From NCBI RefSeq assembly GCF_004010195.1, contig NC_057726.1, positions 61,731,835-61,795,834 on the forward strand: a stretch of DNA of 64,000 nt. Direction: 5' to 3'. The translations under genes were made by a program, and so were the position numbers. Every line of letters starts with the position of its first letter. Positions within the stretch are counted from its first letter, which is position 1. The notes below the pieces were generated by a model, which was given only the letters and a program-made list of their open reading frames with translations, ran no database searches and was not told where the DNA came from. This DNA comes from Chiloscyllium plagiosum (Eukaryota). Positions 13,001 through 28,000 of the stretch are shown here, piece by piece.

Positions 13001-16000
13001 GCACGGGAAACTTCTCGCTGTATCGGAGGATTGCTTGCTTTGAGTAAAGGAGTTTGCATTTATTTGCTCATGGTCTTAAACCAGACTGACGCACAACAGC
13101 TGCAAGATCTGGCAACGTTTTCAATTCCTAATCGCGGCATAAAGGAAGATAAACAACAGGAACAGGGTGTGGACATTACGACCTTCAAGCATGCTCGACC
13201 ATTCAACTATAAAATGGCTGAACGTCCTCAGCAGTATTTTCTCGCACTGGCTTGATATCATCAAACATCTGGGACATTGTTGATCTCAATATTTCATAAT
13301 CTTAATGACAGAGTTTTCCCAACATTCTCAGGATGCGGGGGTGAGGGGGGTGGGTGGGAAATGTAGTGCAATTCCCAAGACTCTGGTTGAAGACATTCCT
13401 CTTCACTTCAGTCCGAAATGACCAGCGCCTCCCGCTCACCACCCCCCCCCCCCCCCCCCACAAACCTCCAACAATCCACCACCATTGTGGAATCCGCCAG
13501 GGAAAATAACCTTTCTTCATTTAACCTATCGAGACTTGTAAGGATTTTGCATGTTTTGTGACACCCTTCACCAGCCTTCCACAGATAACACCGACGACAA
13601 TTTTTGTTATATATAATAAGAACAACTTGCAATTTGCTGAGTCTTTAACAGGACTAAAATACTTGTAAGTCACTTCGCAGAGCATTACCAGTCAAACATA
13701 AGTGATCTTAGGACAGAGAGAAATAAGGATAAAGAACCGCCTTAAAGAAGGATCGGCGCAGTGGGAGACTGAGAGGCCGGACTTTTCCAAGTTTATGGTA
13801 CAGGCAACTGAAGACGTTGTTGGTGAAGATTAGCTGAATAGGATAAAGGATATGCATGAACAAGTTGTATCTGCACATTCATTTCATTTAACAAAAAATA
13901 ATTGTGGAGTTTTCAACGTTTGCGTAGTTTTCGCAACAATTCCCATTTCAGTTTATTTTGGGGATCTATTCGCCTTCCTGCACCTGCAAGCTATCTTCCA
14001 ATATTTTACTTTGTTTCCATTTTTGTGGCATTGAGAATGAATACCGGTCACATTTACGCGATATGTTCGAGTAATCTTAGTCCAATGCCTTAAAAATACA
14101 GATATAAGGTCAGCCCCACCCATCACACCCCCAACTCCCTGTTGGGAATATTTTCAATCTTACCTCGATTAACAGTGTAGCTGACGCTGGCGAGCTCTTC
14201 AAGACAGTTATGAGATGCCTGGCAGGTATAAACTGCACCGCTCTGCACAGGCTGCGCTTCTTCCAACGAGCTAGTAACCTCATAGAGCCCATCCAAAGTC
14301 TTGTTTTTCACAGTTTGTATTCGGGCCTGAATTTCGACGCCATTTCTTAGCCAGGAGATTCTTAAATCCTCCGGGTAAAAGGCTGTAGTTTTACATTCGA
14401 ATTTCCAATAATTCCCTGAAATCCCTTCCACGGCAACGATTTTCTGGAGTGTTGGGGAGACTACAACAGAAATTAAAACATTTTTTAAAAAATCAGCTTA
14501 CATTCTTTTTTTCCCCATCCTCCAGAATGCACCTTTCCTCGCCCCATGTTATGCTGCTCCATTCCGAGTGCGTCAATTGTGTTCATTGTTATCCTATTTT
14601 AAACTTGCTTTTTGCATTTATTTTTAAAAGTGCAGGGCAAAACGTTGGTATGTTTTTCAATTTGTTTACAGCGCGGTTGAACATGGGGAAGAAAATCTTT
14701 TATAAAATGCAAGTCTTACATAATCCTAGAGGTTTACCCTTCTGTAAGTGAATTCGATTTGTTCAACATGTTTTTTCCCCTTGGATGAGATTGTGGCTGG
14801 AGTGAGTTAAGAATTAGGAGCTGAAGCAGACCGTTCCAATGGGAAGGTCTTTGGACCCTTTGAGCCTGATCCAACAGTTGATAAGATCATGTCTGTGTCG
14901 TTTGTGTTTCTGATTCATATGCCCGTCTTCGCCTGAATCCCCCCGAAAATATCAATTCTACATTAACAGTTTACTAAAGCGAACGTGTGCTCTCTCGATC
15001 TGCAATCAGTGCTTAGCTGGAAGTAAAGTTACTAGATTTGTATTGTCCTGCTGTTTATTACAATCAATATCGGTAACATCTGACCTCTGTCTCCTGATGG
15101 TTCTCGAATTTCAATATGAGGGAATTTTTAAATGAGATTTCTTATTCACTTCCAAATTCATGCTAGCTTTTACTGCGAGCAAAGGCTGAGAATTCTGACA
15201 TTTTCCCCAGGGATAGGCTTCAAACAGCACATAATTCCCGTGGAGAAAATTAATAGTATTATTTTGATCTCCTGTCCTTAGGTCTTGTTGCAACGAAATA
15301 ATACATTATAAGCACGAGCGCAAAGTTTAAAAAAAATCTGTTTGGTTCAGTCCTTGCTGCACTTCGTGCCTGCATCAGAGAAAGTTCAGTTGGCGAGCTA
15401 CAGAGGTCCAAACAGAGGCAATGGGTAACTTCACTGTCCTGTAAACTTAAGAACTGGGGATCAACCAGGCTGAACAGTTGTTATCTCACTGTATCACGTG
15501 ATTCGCTTGTTTAAACAAATTGACATTTCAAGCATGTTAGCATTGGAAAAATGTGCAGCTAAACGCGAGGCAATTCTGACCTTGAATTTCTCTCATTAAT
15601 AGAATCATAGAATCCCTGCAGTATGGAAGCAGGCCATTCTGCCCATCGGGTCCACACCACCACAACTTACTCTGCTGCTCACTTAAGTTATGGTTGAATT
15701 GTATCTCAGTTCCGTTTGTCCAGTTTTATTCTAATACGTTGATTCCCAGCACTAATTTCCCTCGACATCCATCTCAGAGTTTGAACAATTCAGTACAATT
15801 CGAAAAGTTATACGATTTGAATTAACACTGAATGTATATTATGGGTGCTGATTACATGGTCTTCATAAATTTGTATAAAGAAATGATGTAGGAGTTGTCA
15901 ACATTATTCTGATGAAAGATTATGACCTTAAACATTAATTATGCTTTGATTATCAGTAAGTCCAAGGGTATCAGGTGGAGAGGAAAGTGCAGTTGAAACC

Positions 16001-19000
16001 ATAGTCAGACAGCCAAAATTTTATTGAGTGACTGAGTGAACTGGAGGGACGAATGGCCTACTCTAGCTTCTAATTCTCATGCTTGTATTACCTCTGCAGA
16101 AGCTCTGACACGTTTCAAGTAACCTTTATTAATATTTCACGTTTCCAATACCCGCACTAGTCTGTTTTTGTAATAACATCATGTCCATTGTTGTATTTTA
16201 GTACTTTAGTAAGAGGTAGACCGAACATCTTAACTCGTGACACAAGAACAGAACCGTCCTGAAGAAGGATCATTGGACTCTGAACGTTAGCTCACACAGA
16301 TGCTGCCAGACCTGCGGCGTTTTTCCGGCAATTTCTATCTTTGTTTCAGATTTCCAGCATCCGCAGTTCTTCGTTCTATCTTATTCCATGAAGTAATTTC
16401 GTCCCAAGATTTAATTAGTCATCCTGTTTCACTATTTTGGCGCAATGTCAACTATTTTTGCAACAGAAAGTCACTCGTTGGATTAACAGCACTGTGCTGT
16501 GTCATGATCAATACGGGCGATGGAATTGATCGTGAGAAATGCCGTTTAACGGGCGAAAGCGAATCAACAACCGTTGTACAGCGAGGTCAACAGAAAAATA
16601 GATGCCCCGGACAGTGCGAAGCGAATACGCTGTTGCTGGATTTTCCTCTTATTGTAAAGCCTCAGATCACATAAATTGCACAAAACAACTGAAGATTGCC
16701 TGCCCCTGGTAAAGTGTCACTTACCACACACAGTCAGCAACGAGCCACTTCCAGCTCCAATGATGGTTTGCTGACGCCTGAGTTTGCAAAAATACATTCC
16801 GGAGTCTGCAATAGTGACATTGAGAACATGAAGTGAGCTCCGTCCTTTCTCGACATGTATTGGCTTTCTGCTGTCCGGTTCTAGAAGCGATTCCTCATTA
16901 CGTCGCCACCAAAATATTTCAGGAACGTCTTGAAATATGGGAAAAGTGCAGAACATGGAAACATTGTCACCTCTGGCCGCTTTCAATTGTTTGGGAAACT
17001 GATCCACTTTGCTCGAGGTTACTTTAGTGACTATTAAAAAAGAACAGAAACCGTGACACTAGTTGTAGAAGCAGAGAAGGTAAAACAACAGAGTAAAATA
17101 CAAGAACAGTGAAGAATGATCACGCACATCGAATTGGGGAACCAGAATATCGAACTTTGCAGGGCATAGTAACTGTAAACATCAAATGCAATCAAAGTTA
17201 TTCTAAAAGGACAGCTCATAATATTTAAGGGTCACAAAAGTGCCAAGGCATACCCAGAAGAGCCATGAACAGAACCGCTACTCTCGCCGACATATTGCTG
17301 ATATGGAAACAGAGTTGGCTCCTTGCTGTAAATGAGGGTAGTACTTTGAATGGTTGGGGGTGGGAGGAAGGGGAAGTGGGTGTCAAAGATAAGAATAGTA
17401 AACGTGAGAGCATGTCATGAGATATCACTTGACTACTGCAGCGTACTGGATGTAATTGTACTTCTCTGTGGGAATTTGTTAGGTTGGAGGTCCATTCCAA
17501 ACCCCCTGCGAGAGAATTAACCAAAGGGGGAAAAAAGTAGTTGATCTCATCCTTATCAATCTGCCGGCTGCAGATGAATCTGTCCATGACAATATTGCTA
17601 CGAGTGAGCACTGCACTGTCCTTGTGGAGACATTGTCCCACTTACAAATTGAGAATACCCTCCATCGTGTTGTGTGGTACAATTCACTGTGCTACATTGG
17701 ACAGATTTAAAACCGATCTAACAGCTTAAGAATGGATACCCGTGAGGCGCTGTGGATAATCACCAATAGCAGAATTGTATTGCAGCATAATCTACAACCT
17801 AATGGCCCGGCATTTCCCTCGCTCAGCAATTAAGATTAAGCCAGGGGGCTGACACTAGTTCAAAGGAGAATGCAGGAGCACATGCTAGGAGCAATACCCA
17901 GAAAATCCCAGATGGCCCCCTTCTTCAATAATTGCAATTTCCCCTCCTATGTGGTCGCCAATGCCCTCCAGCACAACTCTTCCATTTCACTAACCTCTGC
18001 CCTTTAACAGCAGCCCTCTCAACCCCCCGGTCCTTACCTTCCACCCAACCAACCTGGTCAGATACAACCCCCCCCCCCCGCCCTCCACCAGCCCACACCC
18101 TACTCCCAGCACCTTCCCCTGCCACTGCACGATGTGCAAAACCTGAGCCCACAACTTCCCACTCACCTCCACCCAAGGACTCTGAGGATCCTTCGTCATT
18201 CGAAAGCCATTTACCTGCTCCACTCACACCACACTCCCCACCCACACCACACTCACCACCCACTCCACTCACACCACACTCCCCACCCACACCACACTCC
18301 CCACCCACACCACACGCCCCACTCACTCCACACTCCCCACTCACTTCACACTCCCTAACCACACCACACTCCTCACCCACCCCACCCACACCACACTCCC
18401 CACCCACCCCACTCCCAGCACCTTCCCCTGCCACTGCACGATGTGCAAAACCTGAGCCCACAACTTCCCACTCACCTCCACCCAAGGACTCTGAGGATCC
18501 TTCGTCATTCGAAAGCCATTTACCTGCTCCTTCCCCAATGATATTTACTGCATCCATTGCACCTGATGTCATATCTTCTACGTCTGGGAGACAGGATGCT
18601 AACTTGCAGATAATTTTAGAGAACAACCCCACCTCCCCATAGCTGAATACTTCAACTCTCCCTCCCACCCCACCAAGGACGTGCAGGTCCTGGACCTCCA
18701 CCATTACCAAACCCTTACTACCCGATGCCTGGAGGAAGAATGCCTCAAATTTCGCCTTGGGATCCTGCAACCACATGGGATCAATATGGATTTCACCAGT
18801 TTCGTCATTGCCCCTCCCTCCACATTATCCCAGTCCCGAGCCTCCAACTTAGCAAAGCCCTCTTGACATGTGCATCCCCTTTCTGATATGTCTGCTCTAT
18901 CCTCCTCTCCTACCTATCACATTCTCAGCTACCTTCCCCCAACCCCTCTCCCATTTACATCTTGCAACCACTCCCCAGCCAGCAAGTCTCATTCCTGATG

Positions 19001-22000
19001 AAGTGTTTATGCCCAAAATGTCGACTCTCCTGCTCCTCGGCTGCTGCCTGACCTGCTGTATTTTTCCAGAACCACACTCTCGACTCTGAGCTCCAGCATC
19101 TGCAATCCCCACTTTCTCCTAGCAACACCAGCCATACCTGAAACTGAAGCATTAACCTGGTGAACCTACCAAGCAAGACTACCTGCATGCGTAATAACAA
19201 AAGCACTGAGTAATAGATAGAGTGAAGCTATCCCATAATGAACAGATCAGATTTGAGCTCTGTCATCCTGCCACATCCAGGCATGAATGGTGGTAGACAG
19301 TTACACAATTCACTGATGGATGAGGATGTTCCGTACATATCCCTATCCTTAATAATGGAAGAGCCCAACACAACAGCGCAAAAAATAAGACTGAAGTACT
19401 CACAGCAATCTTCAGCCACAACTTCTGAGTGGATGATCCATCTCAGACTCCTGCTATTGTCCCCAAAATCACAGACAGCTGTCTTCAGCCAATTTGATTC
19501 ACTCCACGCAATATCAAGATAATTTTGAGAGCCACTAGATTCTGCAAAGTCTATGAGCACTGACAACATTCCAGCCATGTTATTGAAGATTTGTGTTCAT
19601 GAACTTGGTGCTCCCCTAGCCAAGCACTTCAAATACAACTGCAACACTGGCAACAACATGAAAATATGGAACAGTGTCGAGATATGCATAAACCCAAAAT
19701 CTTGACAAATTTACCCAGCCAATTACTGCCCCAACAGTTGACTCTCAATCATTATTAAAAATCACACAACACCAGGTTATAGTCCAACAGGTTTATTTGG
19801 AAGCACTACCTTTCGGATTGCTGCTCCTTCACCAGGTGGTTGTGGCAACTGCCTGATGAAGGACCAGCATTCCAAAAGCAAGTGCTTCCAAATAAACCTA
19901 TAAGACCATAAGACCATAAGGCATAGGAGTGGAAGTAAGGCCATTCGGCCTCTCTGCCATTTAATCATACTTGGTGGGCATTTCAACTCCCCTTACCCAC
20001 GCTCTCCCCGTAGCCCTTAATTCCTTGTGAGATCAAGAATTTATCAATCTCTGCCTTGAAGACATTTAACATTCCGACCCCCACTGCGCTCCGTAGCAAT
20101 GAATTCCACAGGCCCACCACTCTCTGGCTGAAGAAATGTCTCCACATTTACATTCGAATTTGACTCCCTCTAATTCTAAGGCCATGCAAACAGGTCCTAA
20201 ACTCCCCGCCTAACAGAAACAAATTCTCAGTATCCGTCCTTTTTAAGCCATGCATGATCTTGTAAGTTAGTATTAGGTCCCCCCTCAATCTTCTAAACTC
20301 TAAAGAATACAACCCCAGGATCCTCAGCCAGCCATCCCTACCACTCCAGGGATCATCTGTGTGAATCTCCACTAGACATGCTCCAGTGCAAGTATGTCCT
20401 TCTTGAGTTGTGGGGACCAAAATTGGACACAGTATTCTAAATGGTGCCTAACAAGAGCTTTATAAAGTCTCAGCAGCACATTGCTGCTTTTATATTTCAT
20501 CCCTCTTGCGATGAATGACAACATTACATTTGCTTTCTTAACCACGGACGCGACCCACAAATCAATTTTAGAGAATCCTGGACTAGCATGACTAGATCTC
20601 TTTGTAATTTGGCTTTATGAATTTTCTTACCGTTTAGAAATAGCCCATGCCTTTTTTTTCCAAAGTGCAAGACCTCACATTAGCTCACATTGAATTTCAT
20701 CAGCCATTTCCTGGACTCCTCTCCTAAACTGTCCAAATCTTTCTGCAGCCTCCCCACCTCATTCGTACTATCTGCCTGTCTGCCTAACTTCGTATCAGCA
20801 GCAAAACCTTGCCAGAATGCACCCAGTTCCTTCATCCAGATCATTAAAATATAACGTGAACAGCTGCAGCCCCAACACTGAACACTATGGGACACCACTG
20901 CAATTCTGAAAAATAACCTTTTTCCCCAACTTTCCGCCTCTGTCAGACTGCCAGTCGTCAATCCATGCCAGTAGCTCACTTCGAACACCATGGGCCCTTG
21001 CCTTACTCAGCAGCTTCCCGTGTGGCACCTTATCAAAGGCCTTTTGGAAGTCTAGATAGACAACATCCATTGGGTTTCCCTGGTCTAATCTACTTGTTAC
21101 CTCTTCAAGGAATTCTAACAGGTTTTTCTGATATAACCTCCCCTTAAAAAAATCCATGCTGACTTGTTCTAATCCGACCCTGCACTCCCAAGAATTTAGA
21201 AATCTTATCCAGAACGATGGATTCTAGAATTTTGCCTACAACTGAGGTTAGGCAAATCAGCCTATAACTTTCCATCTTTTGTCTTGATCCTTTTTGAACA
21301 AGAGGGTTACAAGAGATTTTTCAATCATCTGGGATTTTCCCTGACTCCAGTGATTTTTGAAAGATCACAACCAATGCCTCTGCTATTTCCTCAGCCATCT
21401 CCCACAGACCTCGACGATGCAGCCCATCCTGGCCAGGAGATTTATCAATTTTTAGACTTTTAAGCTTTTCGAGCACTTTCTCTTTTTTAATGGCTACCAT
21501 ACTCAACTCTGGCCCCGACACTCTTTAGTTGTTGGGATATTACTCATGTTTTCCACTGTGAAGACTGACACAAAGTACTTATTAAGTTCTTCAGCTATGT
21601 CTTTATCTCCCAGCATTAACCTTCTGGTATCAATTTGGAGCTGGCCAATTTCTACTTTTGCCTCTCGTTTGTTCCTTCTGTTTTGAAATAATCTTTTACT
21701 ATCATTTCTAATATTACTGGCTTGCTTACCTGCATATTCGATCTTCGCCTTCCTTGTTTTTCTCTTTGTTATCCTCTGTTTGTTTTTGTAGTCTTCTCAA
21801 TCTTCTGATTTCCAAGTGCTCTCGGCCAATTTATAGGCTCTCTCTTTCTCTTTGATACATTTCCTGACTTTCTTTGTCAGCCATGACTGTCTAATTCCAC
21901 TCCATCTGCCCCCAACCCTCGCCGGAAATTCTTTCTTTTCTTTGGGATGAACCTCTGTATTGTGTCCTCAATTACACCCAGAAACTCCTGACATTGTTGC

Positions 22001-25000
22001 TCTACTGTCTTCCTCATTAGGCTCTGCTTCCAGCCAATTTTTGTCAGTTCCTCTCATGCCCCAGTAATTACCTTTATTTAACTATTACACCATTACATCC
22101 GATTTTGCCTTCTCTCTTTCAAACTGCGGACTGAACTCTACCATATTATGGTCACTGCCTCCTAAGTGTTCCCTTCCTTTACGATCTTTTATAAAGTCTG
22201 GCTCATTACATAGCACTAAGTCCAGAATAGCCTGTTCCTTGTGAGTTCCATCACATGCCGTTCCAAAAGGTCATCGTGTAAACATTCCATGAATTCCCCT
22301 CCTTTGGATCCACCGTCACTGCCTCCTAAGTGTTCCCTTCCTTTACGATCTTTTATAAAGTCTGGCTCATTACATAGCACTAAGTCCAGAATAGCCTGCT
22401 CCCTTGTGAGTTCCATCACATGCCGTTCCAAAAGGTCATCGTGTAAACTTTCCATGAATTCCCCTCCTTTGGATCCACCGGCAATATAATTTACCCAGCC
22501 CATCTGCGTAATAAAGCCCCCCATGATCACCGTGACATTGCCTTTCTGACATGCCCTATCTATTTCCTCGTACATCTTGCGCCCCTGGTCCTGACCAGTG
22601 CTGGGAGGTCTGTACATAACTCCCATTATGTTTTTTTTTGTCTTTGTGGTTTCTCAACTGCACCTACACAGACTCCACATCATCTGACCCTCTGGCATTC
22701 AGTGCCATAGATTTCATTTCATTCTTAACTAACAGGGCAACCCTGCCCGGTCTGCCCAACTCCTTGTATTTTAGATAAGTTGTAAATCCTTGGATGCTTA
22801 ACTGCCAGCCCTGAACTGCCTGCAAATACATCTCTCTCATGCCTCCCACATTATAATGATTCACGAGGATTGATAAAGCACCTGAATGCTAACTTTCTTA
22901 TTCTCATGATTTCCAACAGTAATAGGTCCGAAGTTATCCTTCCTTTTTGTTTCATTCCTAGTCTGCCTTGAACTTCAACCCTGCACACATGCTAACATAC
23001 TGCTTATCTTTCTACTTGACTCCGTACTCCGTGTTGCTTTCCCTTTCCTTAACCCCCCCCCCCCCCCCCCCCCCGACTCGCAGTTTAAAGTCCGAGTGAC
23101 AACCCTATTTATCTTTTTTGCGAGAACACTGGTTCCAGATCGGGTCGGGTGGAGACCATCTCATCAGTACAGATCGCCCCGGTTCGAAAACTGATGCCAA
23201 TGTGCCGTGAAATGGAATCCCTCTTTCTCACACCAATCTCTTAACCACTTGTTTACTTCCCGAATGTTCTTATCCCTATGCTCAGGCAGTAATCCAGATT
23301 ATAACACTTGAACACTTGTTCTTCAATTTCCTTCCTGATGCTTGATACTCCCCAAACAGGTCCTCCTTCCTAGCCTTGCCTATGTTGTTAGTGCCAACAT
23401 GGAACACAACAACTAAATCTTCTCCATCCCGCTCCAATATCCTTTCAAGCCAGTCAGAAATGTCCTGCACCCTGGGACCGCGCAGGCAACACACCATGTG
23501 TGACTCCCAATCCGACTCGCAAAGGATACTATCTGTCCCCCTAATTATGGAATCCCCTATAACAACTACTTGTCGTTTTGCTCCCCCCTCTTGAATGGCC
23601 TTCTGCACCAGGGTGCCGTGGTCAGCTGGCTCATTCTGGCCTCAGTCTTTTTCATCCATACAGAGAGAAAATTAGATTAGATTAGATTCGATTACTTACA
23701 GTGTGGAAACAGGCCCTTCGGCCCAACATGTCCACACCAACCCGCCGAAGCGCAACCCACCCATACCCCTACATTTACCCCTGCACCTAACACTACGGGC
23801 AATTTAGCATGGCCAATTCACCTGACCTGCACATCTTTGGACTGTGGGAGGAAACCGGAGCACCCGGAGGAAACCCACGCAGACACGGGGAGAACGTGCA
23901 AACTCCACACAGTCAGGCGCCTGAGTCGGGAATTGAACCCGGGTCTCTGGCGCTGTGAGGCAGCAGTGCTAACCACTGTGCCACCGTGCCCCCCCACAAA
24001 ATATCTCATACCTGTTTGACAAGGCCAAGGGCTTGAGGATCCTCCACTCCTGAGCTCAGAATCCCCTTACCTGTCTCACTTACAGTTGTTCCTGATCACT
24101 AACTGAACTTGAATTACTTAATCTACCGGTTGGACCTGTTGGACTATAACCTGGCGTTGTGTGAATTTCAACTTTGCACATCCCAGTCAAACACTGGCAC
24201 CAACAAATCATGACTCAATCATTATAATAATGATGAACAGCCACCCTCAGACAACAACTCACCAGAACGAAGGACCCGATACCCAGCATGAGCAAAAGTA
24301 ATGTAGTGTACAAAATCCCGTGCAAGGACTGCACAAGACACTATGTAGGACAAACAGGAAGACAGCTAACGATCCGCATCCATGAACATCAACTAGCCAC
24401 GAAACGACACGACCAGAAATCCTTAGTAGCCACACACGCAGATGATAAGCAACATGAATTCGACTGGGACAATACTACCATTGTAGGGCAAGCCAAACAA
24501 AGAACCGACAGGGAATTCCTAGAAGCATGGCACTCATCCACAAACTCCATCAACAAACACATCGACCTGGACCCAATATACCGGCCACTACAGCGGACAG
24601 CTGAAACTGACAACCGGAAGCGGCAGGGACAGGCCACTATAAATGCCGGAGGAAACACCACAGAAGCGCTTCACAGGAGGCTCCCAAGCACTGAGGATGT
24701 CACCTAGACAGGGGACGAAACGTTTGCAACAAAAATTTCCAGCTCGGCGAACAGAACCACAACAATGATGGAAGATGCCATCAGCAGTGCTAACCAGTAT
24801 CATCTGCTCATTATAACCTGCTCATTGCCGCTCAGTTTGGGTTCTGCCAGGGCCACTTAACTCTTGACCTCACTACAGCCTTGGTCTGAACGTGAACAAA
24901 AGAGCTGTAGTCGAAACGTGAGGTGAGAGTGACAACCCTTGACATCAAGGCCATATTCGACCAAGTGTGGCATCAAGAGTCCGTGCAAAACTGGAATCAA

Positions 25001-28000
25001 TGGATATCAGGGGGCAAACTCTCCGTTGGTTTGAGTCATACCTGGCACATATGAAGATGTTTGCATTTGTTGGAGGTTAGTTATCTCTGCGCCAGAACAT
25101 CTCTGCAGGAATTGTTCAATTTAGTGTCAAAATCCAAACATCTTCAGCTGCTTCATCAATGACCTTCATTCCATCATAAGGCCTGAACTGGGAATATTCA
25201 CCAATGTTTTCATAAGGTTCCACAACTTTTATGACTCTTCAGACCATGAAGCAACCAGATCTGGACAATATTAAGGCTCGGGCTGATAAATGTAGGTAAC
25301 ATTCACACCACAGAAAGACAAAGCAATGACCACATCGAATAATAGACAACCACTGCCCTTGACATTTGATGGTGTTACCATCACTGAATCGCTGTAATCA
25401 ATACCCTGGGGTTATCATTGACTAGACATTCAACTGGACTCACCACGAAAATACAATGACTGCAAGAGCTGCATAGACATGAGGAATGCAGCAGCGAATA
25501 ACTCAGCACCAGACTCAACAAAACCTGTCCACCATCTGTAAGGTACATGTCATGAATGTGATGGGATATTCCTTAATTTACCTGGATGTCTGTGGCTCAA
25601 ACAGCTCTGAATAAGCTTGATATCATCCATGACAATATCATCCAAATCGTTGGCACCACATCCACAGACACCTGTTCACGAATCTGCACCAACAATCAGT
25701 AGCAACAGCGTCCACCATCTAGAGGATGCACTGCAGAACTGCATCAAAGATCTTTCGCACGTCCCAAAACCTCGATCATGCCATCTAGAACGACAAATGC
25801 GGCAGATATGAGGGAACACGTATAAGTTCTAAGCAACCGCCTGAGGGCATTGTGGATCACTGTACAGCACGTGGACAGTACATCACCAACTTCTCAAGGG
25901 CAGTTATAAATGATGGCCAGCCAGTGACACCCATATTGTATGTCCCACGAGTTATTTAAAAAAGGCCTCATGTTCACAAACATCTTTTCTCTGTACTATG
26001 CTTTTCAGGTTCTCATATAATAGGCATGATTCACATGACATGAAGCGCTCTTCTAGTGTTCTCACCAACATAGTTCAGAAATGGCATTTCCAGATTATCT
26101 AACTGTTGTGCATGTCATTCAACGGATTATTGTTTGCCCTTCATTTCAACAGCGTGGATGTGTATGCAAGTCATTTCGTTCATCTACTGCTGGTAGTAAT
26201 ATTTTGCAATGAACAAATTTGTTTCCTTCCAGCTTTGTCTCTGGCACAAACAGAGATATTTCAAAAGTGACCTTATGAAATGCAATGTAAGAGTAAAGTT
26301 TGCTTATTTCACCAAGGTGACATACCTGACGTGTGTGAAATTGATTGGAATTTAGCATTTCCCAATGACACTTGTAAGTTACAGAACTCAATGCACATGA
26401 AGCACATTATTATGAAGGGATGGTCATAGCATTAAGCTGTAATTTTTTCTCACCATTGTCTGCATTTCCCAATATAAATCCAGAGCTAGAATTTTGGTGG
26501 AATTCAGAACAACGATTGAGAGTTCTACAACTGATTCTCGATACCCCGGAGGTCTAACATCACAACACTTGACACAGCAGCCCCAGGTCTTTGGCAACCA
26601 CCAGAATGCTTGGGTACATTAATAACTATTGGTTGTGTGTTTCCCTTTGCACAAAATAACTGTGTAAGTGAAGATGACAGACATGAACCAAACAACAGGA
26701 TACAGCGTCATTTTGCTTTTGTGTTATTCAGTAGTCAGCGCAGAGATCTACTTATAGATGTGATACTATACTAATATCTTATGACAGTAGACAATAGACA
26801 ATAGGTGCAGGAGTAGGCCATTCTGCCCTTTGAGCCTGCACCACCTTTCATTATGATCATGGTTGATCATCCTCAATCAGTATCCTGTTCCCGCCTTATC
26901 TCCATAACCCTTGATTCCACTATCCTTGAGAGCTCTATCCAACTCTTTCTTAAACGGATCCAGAGACTGGGCCTCCACAGCCCTCTGGGGCAGAGCATTC
27001 CACACACCCACCAGTCTCTGGGTGAAGAAGTTTCTCATTCCAGGAATTGACCTCGTGAACCTATGCTCCCCTCCCTCAATAGCCAGAATGTCTTTCCTCA
27101 CATTTGGAGACCAGAACTTCACACAACATTCCAGGTGCGGTCTCATCAGGGCCCTGTACAGCTGCAGAAGAACCTCTTTGCTTCTATACTCAATTCCTCT
27201 TGTTATGTAGGCCATCATGCTATTAGTTTTCTTCACTACTTGCTGTACCTGCATGCTTGCCTTCATTGACTGGTGTACAAGAACACTCAGATCTCTTTGT
27301 ACTGCCCCTTTACCTGACTTGACTCCATTTAGGTAGTAATCTGCCTTCCTGTTCTTGCCACCAAAGTGTATAACCATACATTTATCCACATGAAACTGCA
27401 TCTGCCATGCATCCGTCTACTCACCTAACCTGTCCAGGTCACCCTGTAATCTCCTAACATCCTCCTCACGTTTCACCCTGCCCACCCAGCTTTGTATCAT
27501 CAGAAAATTTTCTAATGTTACTATTAATACCATCTTCAATATCATTAATATATATTGTAAAAAGCTGTGGTCCCAGCACTGATCCTTGCGGTACCCCACT
27601 GGTCACTGCCTGCCATTGTGAAAGGGAGCCGTTTATCACTACTCTTTGTTTACTGTCAGCCAACCAATTTTTAATCCAAGTCAGTACTTTGCCCCCAATA
27701 CAATGCGCCCTAATCTTGCTCACTAACCTCCTAGGTGGGACTTTATCAAAGGCGTTCTGAAAGTCCAGGCACACCACATTCACTGGATCTCCCTTGTCTA
27801 TCTTCAGAGTTACACCCTCAAAAAATTCCAGAAGATTAGTCAAGCATGGTTTCCCCTTCATAAATTCATGCTGACTCTGACCTATCCTGTTACTGCTATC
27901 CAGATGCGTCGTAATTTCATCCTTTATAATTGACTCCAGCATCTTTCCCACCACTGAGGTCAGACTAACTGGCCTATAATTTCCTGCTTTCTCTCTCGCT

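Larger units (their letters stand above)
19756..24213. mobile_element. Palindromic non-autonomous Penelope-derived element, interrupted by a CR1
   Basis: Left part 19756-19898 (aatcacacaacaccaggttatagtccaacagg..) and right part 24130-24213 (cctgttggactataacctgg..gtgtga) are inverted. 12-bp TSD ctcaatcattat at 19744-19755 and 24214-24225. A related copy lies at about 41626-41800. Confidence 0.7.
19120..25960 (+). mobile_element. Old non-LTR retrotransposon (CR1/L2-group) remnant split by nested insertions
   Basis: RT-like LDIKAIFDQVWH at about 24940. Pieces at about 19120-19755 and 24226-25960 are rejoined by a TSD. Confidence 0.6.

Noticed and set aside
16600-17100. Possible rearranging Ig/TCR V segment
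   Set aside because: I saw no heptamer/nonamer RSS. The J-like strand and splice donor are in the same exon, and the downstream exons encode an ITIM tail.
17034-17129. Hydrophobic ORF MCVIILHCSCILLCCFTFSASTTSVTVSVLF directly upstream of the V exon, considered as an unspliced signal peptide
   Set aside because: It is out of frame with V (ends TAA TAG and would need one more T in the T6 run). It is best explained as the intron's pyrimidine-rich tract, and a phase-1 leader exists at 28251-28200.
17925-18776. Longest ORFs in the track (283 aa Gly/Glu-rich on -, 236 aa Pro-rich on +)
   Set aside because: Products of a C/A-rich simple repeat and internal duplication inside a Penelope fragment.
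23920-23990. tRNA-like A/B-box sequence
   Set aside because: It is the head of an HE1 SINE, not a tRNA gene.
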